A DNA stretch of 64,000 nucleotides from Lytechinus pictus (Eukaryota): assembly GCF_037042905.1 (NCBI RefSeq), contig NC_087251.1, positions 33,110,001 to 33,174,000 on the forward strand, given 5' to 3'. Below the pieces are notes generated by a model. That model made no database searches. It was not told where the DNA came from and saw nothing but the letters and a program-made list of their open reading frames with translations. Position 1 is the first letter of the stretch. Each line of letters begins with the position of its first letter. Shown one piece after another: positions 36,701 through 48,556 of this stretch. Made by a program: the position numbers and the translations under genes.

Positions 36701-39700
36701 TACTGCTGTAAAATAAAAAGATGAATCCAGGTTACATTGTTCCGGCACTATTCCAGAAGAAATAGGAATCTTGGATGCTAAATCAGCCCCAATATTTGCA
36801 AAATAATTATTAGAATTCTCACTTTGCTCAGATATTTGTTCTTTGTCAGTTTTAAACACATAATTTATTTTCTTAGAAGGTAATAATGATTTCATAACAA
36901 TCCATATATTTCCAGCATTTACTTTTAGTTTTGTTATTTGATCATTTTGATATTTTTTCTTTTCTTTCTTAATTTGGTAAGTGATTTTATTCCTGATCTT
37001 TCTATATTCTATCATTTTAATTTCATCTTTACTTTTCCATTTAAGTATCAATTTAAGTATTTCTGAGTTCATCCAGGGTGATTTTTTACTCCGAATTCTC
37101 CTACTTCTGATAGGCATACAGTTGTCAACAACTGACATTAACAGTTCTTCCCATTTGATAAATGCTTCATTTATATTATCATAATTAAGTATCTCATGCC
37201 AAGACTGCATGGTTATTTAATCTTTCCATGTACGCTTCTAGATCAATACCAGATAGTTTTCTGAAGTTAATCATTCGAGAAGCGTCTTCGTGTTTTGATT
37301 CCATATCAAGTAACTCATTGAGTGGTCACTGATACCAATGTGAACAACACCAAATTTATTTATATTTTCAAGTGAATTAGTAATCATATGATCTATGAGA
37401 GTCATTGAATTGCATGTGATACTTGTGTAGTCGGTTCTATTAATTTGTTCTAAAGAATATAAGTTAATGAATTTCTTGTAAACGTTTGGTGTCAGTCGAT
37501 AATGGAGACATTAAGATGTCACAGTTGGTATCACCCATTATGACAATACACTTGTTAAAACGGTCAAGATATGATAAGTAGTTTTCATATTGCTGAAATA
37601 TATCAAGATGAGAGTTTGGTGGTCGATACCAGGTACTAAAAATAATTGGGTTTGAAAACTTTGGACGTATCATTAACGAAATTATTTCTAATGAGTTCTC
37701 CACTTTATAATCAATTTCTTCAAAAGATAACGAGTTTTGGATATAAACAGCCACTCCACCTCCGTGTCGATTTCTATCTCTACGGATGAGGAGATAATTG
37801 TCAATATTTAATTCACTATTGAATATTGATTCATCTAAGAACGTTTCATTCAGTGCTAGTACATGTATTTTGTTACATTCTAATAATAATTTTATTTCAT
37901 CAATGTTTCGAAGGAGGCTACGAATATTTAAGTGTATAAATCTAAGACCTTTACTTTGTAAGCAATCAAATTGCAACGGGATTTCTATTTCTGTTAAGCA
38001 AGAAGTGTTGACACTCACATTACTTTTAGTGTGAGTGGTACATGAAATGTTATCAAATTCACCAGTTAAAAAAGGTAAGTAATTGAAAAGACATTTGGTA
38101 CATTGCCAGTCTAAAAACAATTGAGTAGGATCATCATATAAATCATTATTTATTTTAACACATTTTGTGTGAAACCATTTTTTACAGACAGTACATTGTA
38201 AAGCTCTTTGAGTATTTTTTACACTTTTAAGGCAAATGACGGAAGGAAATTGTTTCACCATTAGTTAAAAACTACATAAAAGTAGAAAAAAAAATAAAAA
38301 CACTATTCAATATGAAAGAATACAGTCGTAAAGTTAATACTATGAGTTCTAGTTGTAGATAACGAAGGATTACATCAGGTCCATGAAAACTAATGATGAA
38401 TATGTAATCAACCCTGCATTTATTGAAATCTTCATCAGTAATGTCAGTCCTGTTTAATCAGGGATACATCAAGAGATTATACATTCATATAGTGTCCAAA
38501 TCACTCTCAGCCCTGATCAAACGTTTGACAGTTTTTCCTCCGCTTGCTGGAAGTAAGGCTATTATTCTGCCATCCGATGACCAGGCAGATATGACTTTCG
38601 TAGTTGCTTTAGTCTTTTTCAAAAGGTCTGCATTGACCCTCGTCAAATCCTCATCAATGCCCATCTTATTTCCTTTTAGTTCACTGCGTTTATTAGAAAA
38701 GACTGCACGTCGCACTCTATACGACACGAACTTCGCGATTATCACCCGAGGCTTTGTCTTCGACGACTCGTGAGGATCTTTAATTTGATCTACTTCGTGT
38801 AACTCTCGTGTGACGTAACTCAGCCGAATCTATATTTTCCAAAACTTCTTTCTTTGCGTCCAATCGGTGTGACCGCTCGATGTCATTCTTTGAAATGGAC
38901 AGCTTTAGATGTTCCCTTGCAATCTTGCAGATTAGCTCATCAGTGTCTTCTCCGTCAGCTTCTGGAATTCCATGGAAACGTAAACAATTGCGTCAAATAT
39001 ATTGCTCTTGATCGTTTGAGATCCGTCGCGACGGATCTCAAACGATCAAGAGCAATATAGCGTCGGAGCGATTGTAACGATTCATGATGTTTAGTAATTG
39101 TCTGCGATAGGGGCCTTAACTCATTCTCCTTTGCTGCTAATTTGCATTCCAAATCCAAAAGTTTGCCTTCGTTGACCTCAATCCGATTAGTGATCTTGTT
39201 GAATGCATCTTTCACTGCGTTATGTACTGATTGACGTATTCCCGACCTTTCGTTTGAGGACGCGCACGCTTATTTACGACGCTAGTTGATTTTGGAAGAG
39301 ACTTTTGGGCCCGTCGTCATGGTCGTAAAACTCTGTCCTGCAATGCAAACTGTGTGACATGAGATTTATTTTCGTTTCGCATCTGGAACGGAAACATTCA
39401 ATTTGCGTTTCGTGTGCAAAATTCTGGTTGCTACTATGGTAACAGCGATTTATCCGATGTAGGACGACTTTCCAAATCCACTTTTGGTTCCTCCCAGAGC
39501 TCGAGAGGCCGCCCGGGGGGCCCACTTCCATTGAATAGTGGATACCAGGCGCGACCATACGTAAAAAGGGAAAGAGTGGGTAAGTACGTTACGTATAGGC
39601 CTATGTATAGCGTTATAAGGGTGTCAAAAACGATGATTAAACTACTGAAAAACGGGATATATTTCCAATACTTGTAGGGTGTCACAACCCAAATACTTAA

Positions 39701-42700
39701 GAGATGCATTATAAACATCTGGAAAAGACTTACTTCCCTTGTTTAGGGTGCTTTTCGAAATCCCATGGTCACGCCTGGTATCCACTCATCAACGGAAGTG
39801 TACCCCCCGGGAAATCCCCCATTTCTGCGGAAAGTAAAACATACTGCCCATTACATTGTGTGCTAGAGGCATATTGTTTGTGTAGAAGGAGCAGCAAATG
39901 AAGAAAACCTCGTAAATTTGGTGTTTTTTCAGACGGTTTATGGCCTATTGCATGCTGTGTACATGTCAACGCATGTGAAAATGGTTCCGGCTGGAGAGGT
40001 GATGTTGATCCATGGAATCAATTGCCAGTGATCCACCAATAATGCACATTAAATGCAATATCGATTCGATGGACTGTAATGATCTATATCTAAGCCTTAA
40101 TTCGGTAAGTTTTTCCTTACTCAATATGTACTCGATTTGTTTGAAAAACCACTTTCTTATCCATGTCATAATCTACATTTTGCATGTCTCCAGCCAGCTG
40201 GAGTCATAGCCATGATACAGGTACAGTCCCGCCGCGAGCTCAGGCAGGCAAATGGCATGGCATGCTGGTATCATAGAGCTATATAGCTCCATGCTGGTAT
40301 CGTATGAAAGAGCTTTGCACACGAAAAGCAAGATCTATAGGGCCTGTAACACAAAGCTTAGCAATGATTGTAGAACAGTTTTCTACGTTTGATTGTATTG
40401 ACTGTAATGTACAATCAATCTAGAAAATCGAGTCTATGATTAATCGTTAACTTTTGAGTTACCCGACTCTAATCTCGCGTTGTAGAGGATTGCGAAAGGT
40501 GCCTATTATCTTTCGAAAGGCGTCACCATCAACAAACTTCTTCATGACGTCATCAGTAATAGATTCCGCTATGGTCTCTACTTCGCTACGTGTAATTGCC
40601 TCAGGCATACTGAACCAGTACACCTTGTATAATAAACATGTCGCCAATATTCAATACAACGTACTAAAGGCTCGCAATAGTACAAATCACAGTCAATTGA
40701 AGAATAGTTGAACATAGAAAATATTAAAATGTCATGTTTCTTGCAAAGAGTTCAGCAGAATGATAAAGTGTTTAGAAACGATATGTATAATGTCACAGAT
40801 CACAGTATATAAATTCTGACGGTGCAATGTTGACTACAACATAATTATGAAGTCTCGTCTTAAAAGAGATTCATGTTCAAATTCATGTTTAAATCAAAAT
40901 CCAATATCACATGTCAATGATGCACTCCTTCGAAAGGTGATTATAACCATAAATTTAGCACATCTTCGAAGGAACGAAAAAGTTATCAATGGAGTTACAG
41001 TTCATTTGTCACTCCTGTAAAGTGTTAAGTGACGTGGAGATTTTCAAGACACAAACATATATGTGTTCGGGACTACAGTAGTGTTTCAGGTCCTCACTGG
41101 TAAGTTAAGGATCAGGACATGTAGAGTGATAAATATCGTTCAAAAGTACTTATCCTTACTTGAAGATCAGCAATTGTCCAGATGTTACACTCTCACGTAT
41201 CATATGTAGGATTTCTTCCGATTTAACGATATCTCCTTATAGTTATTTCAAGAAAAAATCTCCGTAGTTGATATACAACTCTCCGAACGTATATTCTCGT
41301 ATCATGTTGTTGATTCTGCTCAATAGTGAAATACTTCTGTATCGTTGGTAGAAAAAGCATTCTAGATATCAGTAATGACACTGACTACTGATGATCATCA
41401 CAATTATAACAATGATGATAATTCTAAATAATGACGAAACACCCTTCTTCTCTCTGCACAGGTCTTGGTTCCAGCATCCTGTCAATTTCATTGGTAATCA
41501 TTCTGAGCGATCAGTCTGGAGAGGCCTTTGCAGTATTCTACGGCATTGGTACATCAGGTTACGCCATCGGAGTGGCTATAGTTCCCCCGATCGCAGACTA
41601 CCTGATGAGGATTTATGGCTGGAGAGGGTCCTTGATGATTATTGGAGGTATCATGGCGCACCTTATACCTTTCGTCTTGATGGTTGATCTCGACGTAGAG
41701 GGCGTCGTACGGAACGATTTTGGGCCCTTTAACACCGACGATGAAGAAATTGAAGACCAATTTGATAGGTCCGAAATAGAAGCGCTTATCTCCAGACCAA
41801 GTTTCCAGGAAGAAACACACAATGACGGGGATAAATCGCACGTTGGCGGTATTTACGCTGAAATAAATCCGGCAAATAATGAAATCGGATCAGAAAATGA
41901 AAACGCAAGGTTAAGTGACATCCAAGAGCTAACATCTGAAAAATCAGCTACTGGTAAAAGAATGCATAATATGTTAGAAAAAGGATATAAGCGAAAATGT
42001 CTGAATGATTGTTCTAATTGTTATCGAATCTTCACAGACTCCATATACAATCAAGATCGCTGGATGATTCTCCTTATGCTGGTCACACTTGTATTGCATA
42101 TGGTAGACTCTAGTTGGTATGCATATCTCATCCCATGTGCGATTGCTCTTGATATTCCTATATCCCAGGTACTGTGCCTACCTTACTCTGCGGGGGCTGG
42201 ATTATTCGTAGCCCGAATTTTAGGCGGGTTCCTCGAGAAATCTAAGCTTTTATCTGGCCAATCCTTGTTTCTTTTCTTTACCTTACTCAACATCTTATCA
42301 CTTTTGTGGAATATCTTCGCTCCAAGATTTGCTTTCATGATTGTGACTTCATTCATCTCGGCATTCACGATTTCCCAACGAAACCTTCTGTCGTTGGTCA
42401 TATGTAAGGACAGGGTGCCTAAGTCACAATTCCCGATGATTCTGGCTTCTTATGAAATTGTTTGTGGAATTGGACTCTTTCTCGGATCCTTGTTATGTGG
42501 TAAGACTCGCTAAGTCCCAGTATTTTTTAAACAATATTATGCCTTAATAATATCTATCATCTTCACCAACAGCAAAATCATCAGAGGGCATATTGTTCTT
42601 GTAATAATTGTCATGATCATAGTGAAAATGATAACAGACCTTCTATTGATAATCATTATACGAATAATCTTGTTATTAACGATATATATGATGTATCAAT

Positions 42701-44316
42701 AATAGCATTTGGTGATAAGAATTATAATAATAATTGATGTTCGTAACAATATTCGGCATCAAAATTATCATCACTAGTTTGACGATTGAGATTTTGTTTA
42801 GAACAGCCGATAAATAAGTGAGGTTTGAAACGGCAACAATGCAATGAAGACAATTAACGGAACCTTCCATCGAAGTTTTTTTTTCATGTCATCAGTAGCA
42901 TAATGATGGATATCTAATGAATCATCACAGGTTTAACTTACTAGAAAAGTTGGGACTGTCTTCATTTTGGTCTAAAATTCAAATAATCCCAACTCTTTGT
43001 GAAACGTGTTCTCAGAAAAAAAAAGATCTTGCACTGAACCTTTCCTAGATCCCGTCCGATAAAGATGTAGCTTATAGGGACCCGTTTCCTTAAGACTCAC
43101 CTTTGCAGTGACTGTGCCATTGGCGAGTTTCGCACTGCGACGCAGAACGATTTCAAGAACATAGCGAATGCATTTTTAAATGCCCTTCATGACAAAAAGC
43201 AGCCACGAATTCTTTGTGGAAAGATGGTGAATCAAAACAGCAGCTTCGCCCTGGACTCTGGACGAATGACATTATTTGCAAGTTTTCGTCAGCTCAGAAC
43301 TTAGGACGTAACTGCTGTTTCGTTTCACCAATTTTCGACAAAGACCTCCCAGCTGTTCATCGTCATTTGGCGGGCATTTTTCAATACATAATACACCTGA
43401 GGTCAGAAGTTTGCATACACCCAGGAAATTCAAAGCAAAGTTGACACTTGCCAAACACTATAACATTTACTGTATCTTATAAAGAATTTTTGCTATCATG
43501 ATGAATTTGATATCAAACAAAAAAATTAATGAGTATGTCATGACCCTTCATCACACTGCTTTGCCATCAGGAGCTGAAAAATATTTAGGTGTAATTTTTT
43601 TCCCAAAATATCTTCATATAAAAACGTTTCATATTTGTGCTAGTTACCATACTTCTAAACACAAACATTTCAGATTACACTTTTTATAGAAAATGTAATA
43701 CAAATCATAGATTTGATATTTATATATTTATATGAAATGATGTATGAAAATATGATAACAAACAATAGAATACATTTGGCACGAATATTACTTTTTTTTC
43801 TTCAAAGAAAATTCCACCTGAAATATATGTTAATCCCAACGGCATCCCAATCATGTGTAAGAGCTTAATTCGCTCTTTCATTTGATGCAAAATTTTTCAT
43901 GTTAGTATTTATATTTCTGAAGATTTTTTACATGTTTGGAAAGCGAAAAAAATTCACTGAATTCCATGGGTGTAAACTTTTGGCCTCAACTATACTATGT
44001 TCTTGAATCCATTCTGCGTCGCGGTGTAAAAACTTATCAGGTGTATGGTAACTAAGTAACAGGGCTCAGCAAAACAAGGCTTCCATCATGTTCATGGTTC
44101 AAAGTTGCTAAATTGTAAGTCTTTACGAAACGGGCAACTGGAAATTTTTGAAATTTAATATTGAATTCTTGATTGATTTGTGCAGGATATGTCGCAGATG
44201 TGACGGGCTCTTTCAACGCTTCATATATGTTCATCGCAGGGGTAGAACTCCTTTTATCCTGTCTCATGATTCCATCAATAATTGCCGAGAAGTTGAAGGA
44301 ACGCACGGCGGACTAA
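18573..44316 (+). CDS. SLC16/monocarboxylate transporter-like MFS protein, 4 coding exons (18573-18768, 34593-34742, 41462-42499, 44186-44316), 504 aa
   Basis: Exons of 196+150+1038+131=1515 nt splice in frame through phase-1 GT-AG introns. Hydrophobic TM segments, 'GIGTSGYAIGVAIVPPIADYLMRIYGWRGSLMIIGG', a large acidic central loop and C-terminal 'GYVADVTGSFNASYMF' match the SLC16 architecture. Confidence 0.88.
19178..19832. mobile_element. Tc1/mariner-type MITE
   Basis: TIR TA(A/G)GGTGGTGCAACGAAAGATGACCA at both ends, flanked by TA; nested in another repeat. Confidence 0.8.
20340..20560 (+). mobile_element. Degenerate SINE body
   Basis: CCGAGGTGCTAAATGTGTACC...GGAATACTTCCCGGGGCGTGGAGGATGTGCATACATTG resembles invertebrate tRNA-SINE core sequence (recall only); no intact head. 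Confidence 0.4.
23294..26574 (+). pseudogene. RT-CCHC-RLE ORF interrupted by a Kolobok-like insertion
   Basis: Removing 24745-25343 rejoins SEYKL|KTYAQYFLP in frame. Confidence 0.9.
24745..25339. mobile_element. Non-autonomous Kolobok-like DNA transposon (595 bp)
   Basis: TTAA TSD (24741-24744, 25340-25343); TIR AGGGGAATCCA/TGGATTCCCCT with purine-purine ends. Confidence 0.88.
28228..28808 (+). pseudogene. Academ-type transposase remnant
   Basis: EKTAIIRAAASVIANGIK and QHISDNIDPGLISLDRALGFRGMGQIKVTIP resemble the Academ motif Q..ADN.D....TLDG..TFH.MG.I (from recall); stops and frameshifts present. Confidence 0.6.
29471..31389 (+). mobile_element. Probable solo LTR (1.9 kb)
   Basis: TGTCGG..CCGACA ends, 4-bp TSD ATTA, AATAAA near 31299, no internal domains; removing it restores the host inverted arm. 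Confidence 0.8.
32043..33040 (-). pseudogene. LINE ORF2 fragment (C-terminal part of AP endonuclease plus linker)
   Basis: GDFN, TRGDAILD, SDH and KPWF motifs; truncated on both sides. Confidence 0.85.
33045..33290 (-). mobile_element. Orphan arm fragment of the 2759-6861 Academ-like family
   Basis: Reverse complement of ~3150-3390 (AATGGCAGACAAA..AAGCTTCAATGAT..CACAACTGTTAATTGTACTC). Confidence 0.7.
33566..34385. mobile_element. Two head-to-tail MITE copies (33566-33993, 33995-34385)
   Basis: Each starts GAAGAGTTTGGTTGCAAAAGG and ends GCTCTTC; internal inverted repeats. Confidence 0.75.
34593..34742 (+). CDS. SLC16-like exon 2
   Basis: Acceptor TTTCTACAG|; encodes GPVLAYFYRRTHGVFRRCLLVTGAIFAAGGLLLVS...LSVSG; donor |GTATGT; 150 nt, phase 1-1. 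Confidence 0.85.
35190..38261 (-). pseudogene. LINE ORF2: PHD finger, AP endonuclease, RT
   Basis: CLKSV..LQCTVCKKWFHTKC..WQCTKC; LNETFLD; GDTN; DLKKAFDTV; YADD; several frameshifts. Confidence 0.9.
38998..39059. repeat. Perfect 62-bp palindrome with no loop
   Basis: TATATTGCTCTTGATCGTTTGAGATCCGTCG|CGACGGATCTCAAACGATCAAGAGCAATATA. Confidence 0.95.
39241..40503. mobile_element. Non-autonomous DNA element (second copy of the 13350-14554 family)
   Basis: TATT flanks both ends (39237-39240, 40504-40507); removal restores LINE ORF1 in frame. Confidence 0.88.
41462..42499 (+). CDS. SLC16-like exon 3
   Basis: Acceptor TCTCTGCACAG|; lies within ORF 41431-42513; YGWRG motif; donor |GTAAGA at 42500. 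Confidence 0.92.
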
Positions 44317-44472
44317 ACGAGAACCTCACAGATACTTCACAAAGGTGTATACTGGGATATACATTTCAGGGTCATTAAAAAAAAGAAGAGGAAAGCCGGC
44401 TGGAAATTTCACCTGCATAAAACAATTGTGCATTTGTGCTGATGATGTGACATTGAAATATCATATGAGGAC
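42960..44472 (+). repeat. Segmental duplication copy B (SLC16 intron 3, exon 4 and proximal 3' UTR)
   Basis: Matches 1-1510; the paired ORF translations (254/43214, 538/43498, 1090/44052) are nearly identical. Confidence 0.95.
44186..44316 (+). CDS. SLC16-like terminal exon 4
   Basis: Acceptor TTTGTGCAG|; encodes (G)YVADVTGSFNASYMFIAGVELLLSCLMIPSIIAEKLKERTAD*. This frame is absent from the ORF track. Confidence 0.88.
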
Positions 44473-44849
44473 AATCTTGCACCTTACCTCATAACTAAGT
44501 TGTCAAACTGTAACATTACATAGTAAACTTTGCCAACATCCTTGGACGATCGTCAGGGGTAGATCCACCAGACGATCGTCGCGTCCAGGGAGGGAAACAA
44601 GGAAGCTTTCGCACCGCCAGGAAGAACGAATTCTAGAACACAGTATTTTGCAAACGCATTGAAAATGCTGGTCAGATGACAATAAACAGTTGGGAGGTCT
44701 TCGTCGGAAATTGGCCAACCGAAACCGGAGCTGACGAAAAAATGCAATGTCGTTTGTCCAGAGCCAAGGAAAAAACTGCTGTTTTGATTCACCAATTTTC
44801 GACAAAAACTTATTGTATATGAAGATTATTTGACAATGGTTTACTGACG

Positions 44850-45260
44850 GTTGGTCTAATCTCCAGATGGGCTCACAACATTCGGGCTAAAACCGCTTAG
44901 AAATCTCATTTGGTCTAATGATCACTTGGTCTAATAGCAAATTAGTCCAATGACCACTTCGTCTAATAGCCATTTGGTCTAATGCCCAGTTGGGCTAATC
45001 GTCACTCGGTCATTTTTCATTAGACCAAATTTTCATTTGGTCTTATTGCCATTTCGTCGAATGTACTTTATTGTGACTTGGTCTAATACTAATTGTAATT
45101 GTAGGTTAGTCTAATACTAGTTGGCCTTATACCAGTTCGTTTAATCCTCACTTGGTCTATTATTCATTTGGTCTAATGTGCAGTTGACCTAATTTCCATT
45201 TCGGCTAATTTCCACTTCGTCTACATGCCACTTGATCTAATTTCCAATTTGTATAATTTC
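44850..45260. repeat. Degenerate ~19-20 bp tandem repeat with TTGGTCTAAT core
   Basis: Recurrent CA(T/C)TTGGTCTAAT and TTCGTCTAAT units. Confidence 0.75.
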
Positions 45261-46696
45261 CATTTGGGATAATGGTTTATTGTGCTATTCCTAATAGGCC
45301 ACCCTTCATACAGTTTATTCATGTTATTTGTGTTTTTATTTTTATTTTTTGAACTTGAACACTGTAGAAATTTAATATTGCATTGTATGAAAAAAATGGA
45401 TATGCCTAATATAAGGCATAGAGTAGACAAAGAAGGAATTGAAGGGAGAAGGGAAAGAAGAGAAGAGAAAAGAAAAATGAAAAGAAAAGAGAGGGAGAAA
45501 GAAAAGGAAGGGAAAAAAAGAGTGCAATTACATAAAAGAAGGAAAACCCGGACGATCTCAGGTTAGGGTATCACGGGCCTAAAACATTTTCCATAGACTC
45601 GTGTGTTAAAGTGGCACTTAAAAAAAATTCATATAAAATATGGATGAAATTCGAGGGTTGAATGCTTACTTCCAGTGGATAGGATATATGTCTGACATTC
45701 CATATCTGACCAGAAAAGGGTACCTCGACCGGCTCATTTTAAAAATAAATCAGCATTTATGAAGACTACACCTGCCAGGATCAAATTCATCACTTTAGAC
45801 AGTAAAATGGCCCTACTTCTTCCTTCAGTAAAAAAAAAATGGTTCCAAAGTGGTGGTATATCTTCCCAATTTGGAAAAAGAAAGTTCAGTAGTTACCCTC
45901 CTAGAATCAGTGAGTGTTAGATTGTCAATCATATTCATTCATTTTTGTCAGTCAACAATATCAAAATTAAAAAATTAAGAATGAATATCTTTGGCCTGCC
46001 AGAGTGCCAGTTGTAATTAGGCCCTTGTAACCTTTAGGTTGAAGGAAGTTTATTACCGTGACCGAGTCAACCATGAAGTATGGAACGCCATACGAATCAC
46101 AAACACAGTGGCGTGCCCATTTTTTCTCCTTCCCGTTATTATTTAAGAGTACACACATTTTATACAACAAAATCCAGAAGTTTATACATGTTTGGCACGA
46201 CTGTCGCGATACCAATCGGCTACGGTCTTATCATTGATATTGTATGTAGCTACTGAACTCTTAGGCACGCAACGATCTGCTCTACGATTCACTTGCGAGA
46301 AATCTTCAGGAAAAGACACAACATGGGAGTGCTCAACACCATCGTCATATGACGAACTAACAGACCCAGAGCTATGCTCAGTAATAAAGACAGGGAACCT
46401 GGAACATTTACTTGTTCCTCTCAGAACATGCTAGCAAACCGACAAGAAACCAACAGCAACAGGATTGCTGCAAACATCCATAACTGTATGAGGTAGTTCA
46501 TAGGCATGGGGTGTACTTGCAACACAATTTGGTTTGGAATAGATGTCATGATACGTGTCTGAGAGATCGTGTTCAGGGTTAGGCATGATGTCATTACTTA
46601 TACCTCGTAAGATTTTACCATTGTTGTACCCATGTATTTTCTTAGACATCGAGATCAACTAATGAATCAACCTCACTTTCATCTACATTCATGGTT

Positions 46697-48556
46697 TCAT
46701 GTGAGATGTTGTCACTTATCATATTACCAGCACTCATCATGTAAGATGTTATCATCACTCATCATGTCACCCTCATTTTCACGTAAGATGTTATCATCAC
46801 TCATCATGTCACCTTCATTTTCATGTAATATGTTATCATCACTCATCATGTCACCTTCATTCTCATGTAAGATGTTATCATCACTCATCATGTCACCCTC
46901 ATTTTCACGTAAGATGTTATCATCACTCATCATGTCACCTTCATTTTCATGTAATATGTTATCATCACTCATCATGTCACCTTCATTCTCATGTAAGATG
47001 TTATCATCACTCATCATGTCACCTTCATTTTCATGTAAGATGTTATTATCACTCATCATGTCACCTTCATTCTCATGTAAGATGTTATCATCACTCATTA
47101 TGTCACCTTCATTCTCATGTAATATGTTATCATCACTCATCGTGTCACCTTCATTCTCATGTGAGATGTTATCATCACTCATCATGTCACCTTCATTCTC
47201 ATGTAATATGTTATCATCACTCATCATGTCACCTTCATTCTCATGTAATATGTTATCATCACTCATCATGTCACCTTCATTCTCATGTAATATGTTATCA
47301 TCACTCATCATGTCACCTTCATTCTCATGTAAGATGTTATCATCACTCATCATGTCACCTTCATTTTCATGTAAGATTTTATCATAACTCATCGTGTCAC
47401 CTTCATTCTCATGTGAGACGTTATCATCACTCATCATGTCACCTTCATTCTCAAGTAAGATGTTATCATCACTCATCGTGTCACCTACGTTCTCATGTAA
47501 GATGTTATCATCACTCATTGTGTCACCTTCATTTTCATGTAAGATGTTATCACTCATCATGTCACCTTTATTCTCAAGTAAGATGTTATCATCACTCATC
47601 GTGTCACCTACGTTCCCATGTAAGATGTTATCATCACTCATTGTGTCACCTTCATTTTCATGTAAGATGTTATCATCACTCATCGTGTCATCTTCATTTT
47701 CATGTAAGATGTTATCACTCATCATGTCACCTTCATTTTCATGTAAGATGTTATCATCACTCATTGTGTCACCTTCATTCTCATGTAAGATGTTATCATC
47801 ACTCATCGTGTCACCTACGTTCTCATGTAAGATGTTATCATCACTCATTGTGTCACCTTCATTCTCATGTAAGATGTTATCATCACTCATTGTGTCACCT
47901 TCATTCTCATGTAAGATGTTATCATCACTCATCGTGTCACCTACGTTCTCATGTAAGATGTTATCATCACTCATTGTGTCACCTTCATTCTCATGTAAGA
48001 TGTTATCATCACTCATTGTGTCGCCTTCATTTTCATGTAAGATGTTGTCACTCATCATGTCACCTTCATTTTCATGTAAGACGTTATCATCACTCATCGT
48101 GTCACCTACGTTCTCATGTAAGATGTTATCATCACTCATCGTGTCACCTTCATTCTCATGTAAGATGTTATCATCACTCATCATGTCACCTTCATTTTCA
48201 TGTAAGACGTTATCATCACTCATTGTGTCACCTTCATTCTCATGTAAGATGTTATCATCACTCATCATGTCACCCTCATTTTCATGTAAGATGTTATCAT
48301 CACTCATCATGTCACCTTCATTCTCATGTAAGATGTTATCATCACTCATCGTGTCACCTACGTTCTCATGTTAGATGTTATCATCACTCATTGTGTCACC
48401 TTCATTCTCATGTAAGATGTTATCATCACTCATCATGTCACCTTCATTTTCATGTAAGATGTTATCATCACTCATCGTGTCACCTTCATTTTCATGTAAG
48501 ATGTTATTATATCATGTCACCTTCACTTTCATGAAAGGTGTTACCTTCACTCTCAT
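46697..48556. repeat. 39-bp minisatellite (about 45-47 units, some 36-bp variants)
   Basis: Unit TCATGTAAGATGTTATCATCACTCATCATGTCACCTTCATT(C/T); minus frame reads (MSDDNILHENEGD)n over 541 aa. Confidence 0.97.

Larger units (their letters stand above)
38485..40608 (-). pseudogene. LINE ORF1 (coiled coil plus RRM-like), split by an insertion
   Basis: MPEAITRS..FRKII|RQSVHNAVKDAF..EQY.RNCLRFHGIPE..IIAKF..IDEDLT..AWSSDGRI. Confidence 0.8.
34837..41301 (-). mobile_element. Near full-length CR1-group LINE filling SLC16 intron 2 (antisense)
   Basis: AATAAA plus (TACAA)n tail; ORF1 and ORF2 remnants; candidate TSD TCATGTTGT (34828-34836, 41302-41310). Confidence 0.8.

Noticed and set aside
39241..40467. 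CCCGAC direct repeats as a 6-bp TSD or Crypton-type ends
   Set aside because: Homology with the second copy extends to 40503, and only the TATT boundaries restore the LINE ORF1 frame.
46697..48556. Regularly spaced ~39-bp repeats as a CRISPR array
   Set aside because: Units are contiguous with no unique spacers, there are no cas genes, and the context is eukaryotic.
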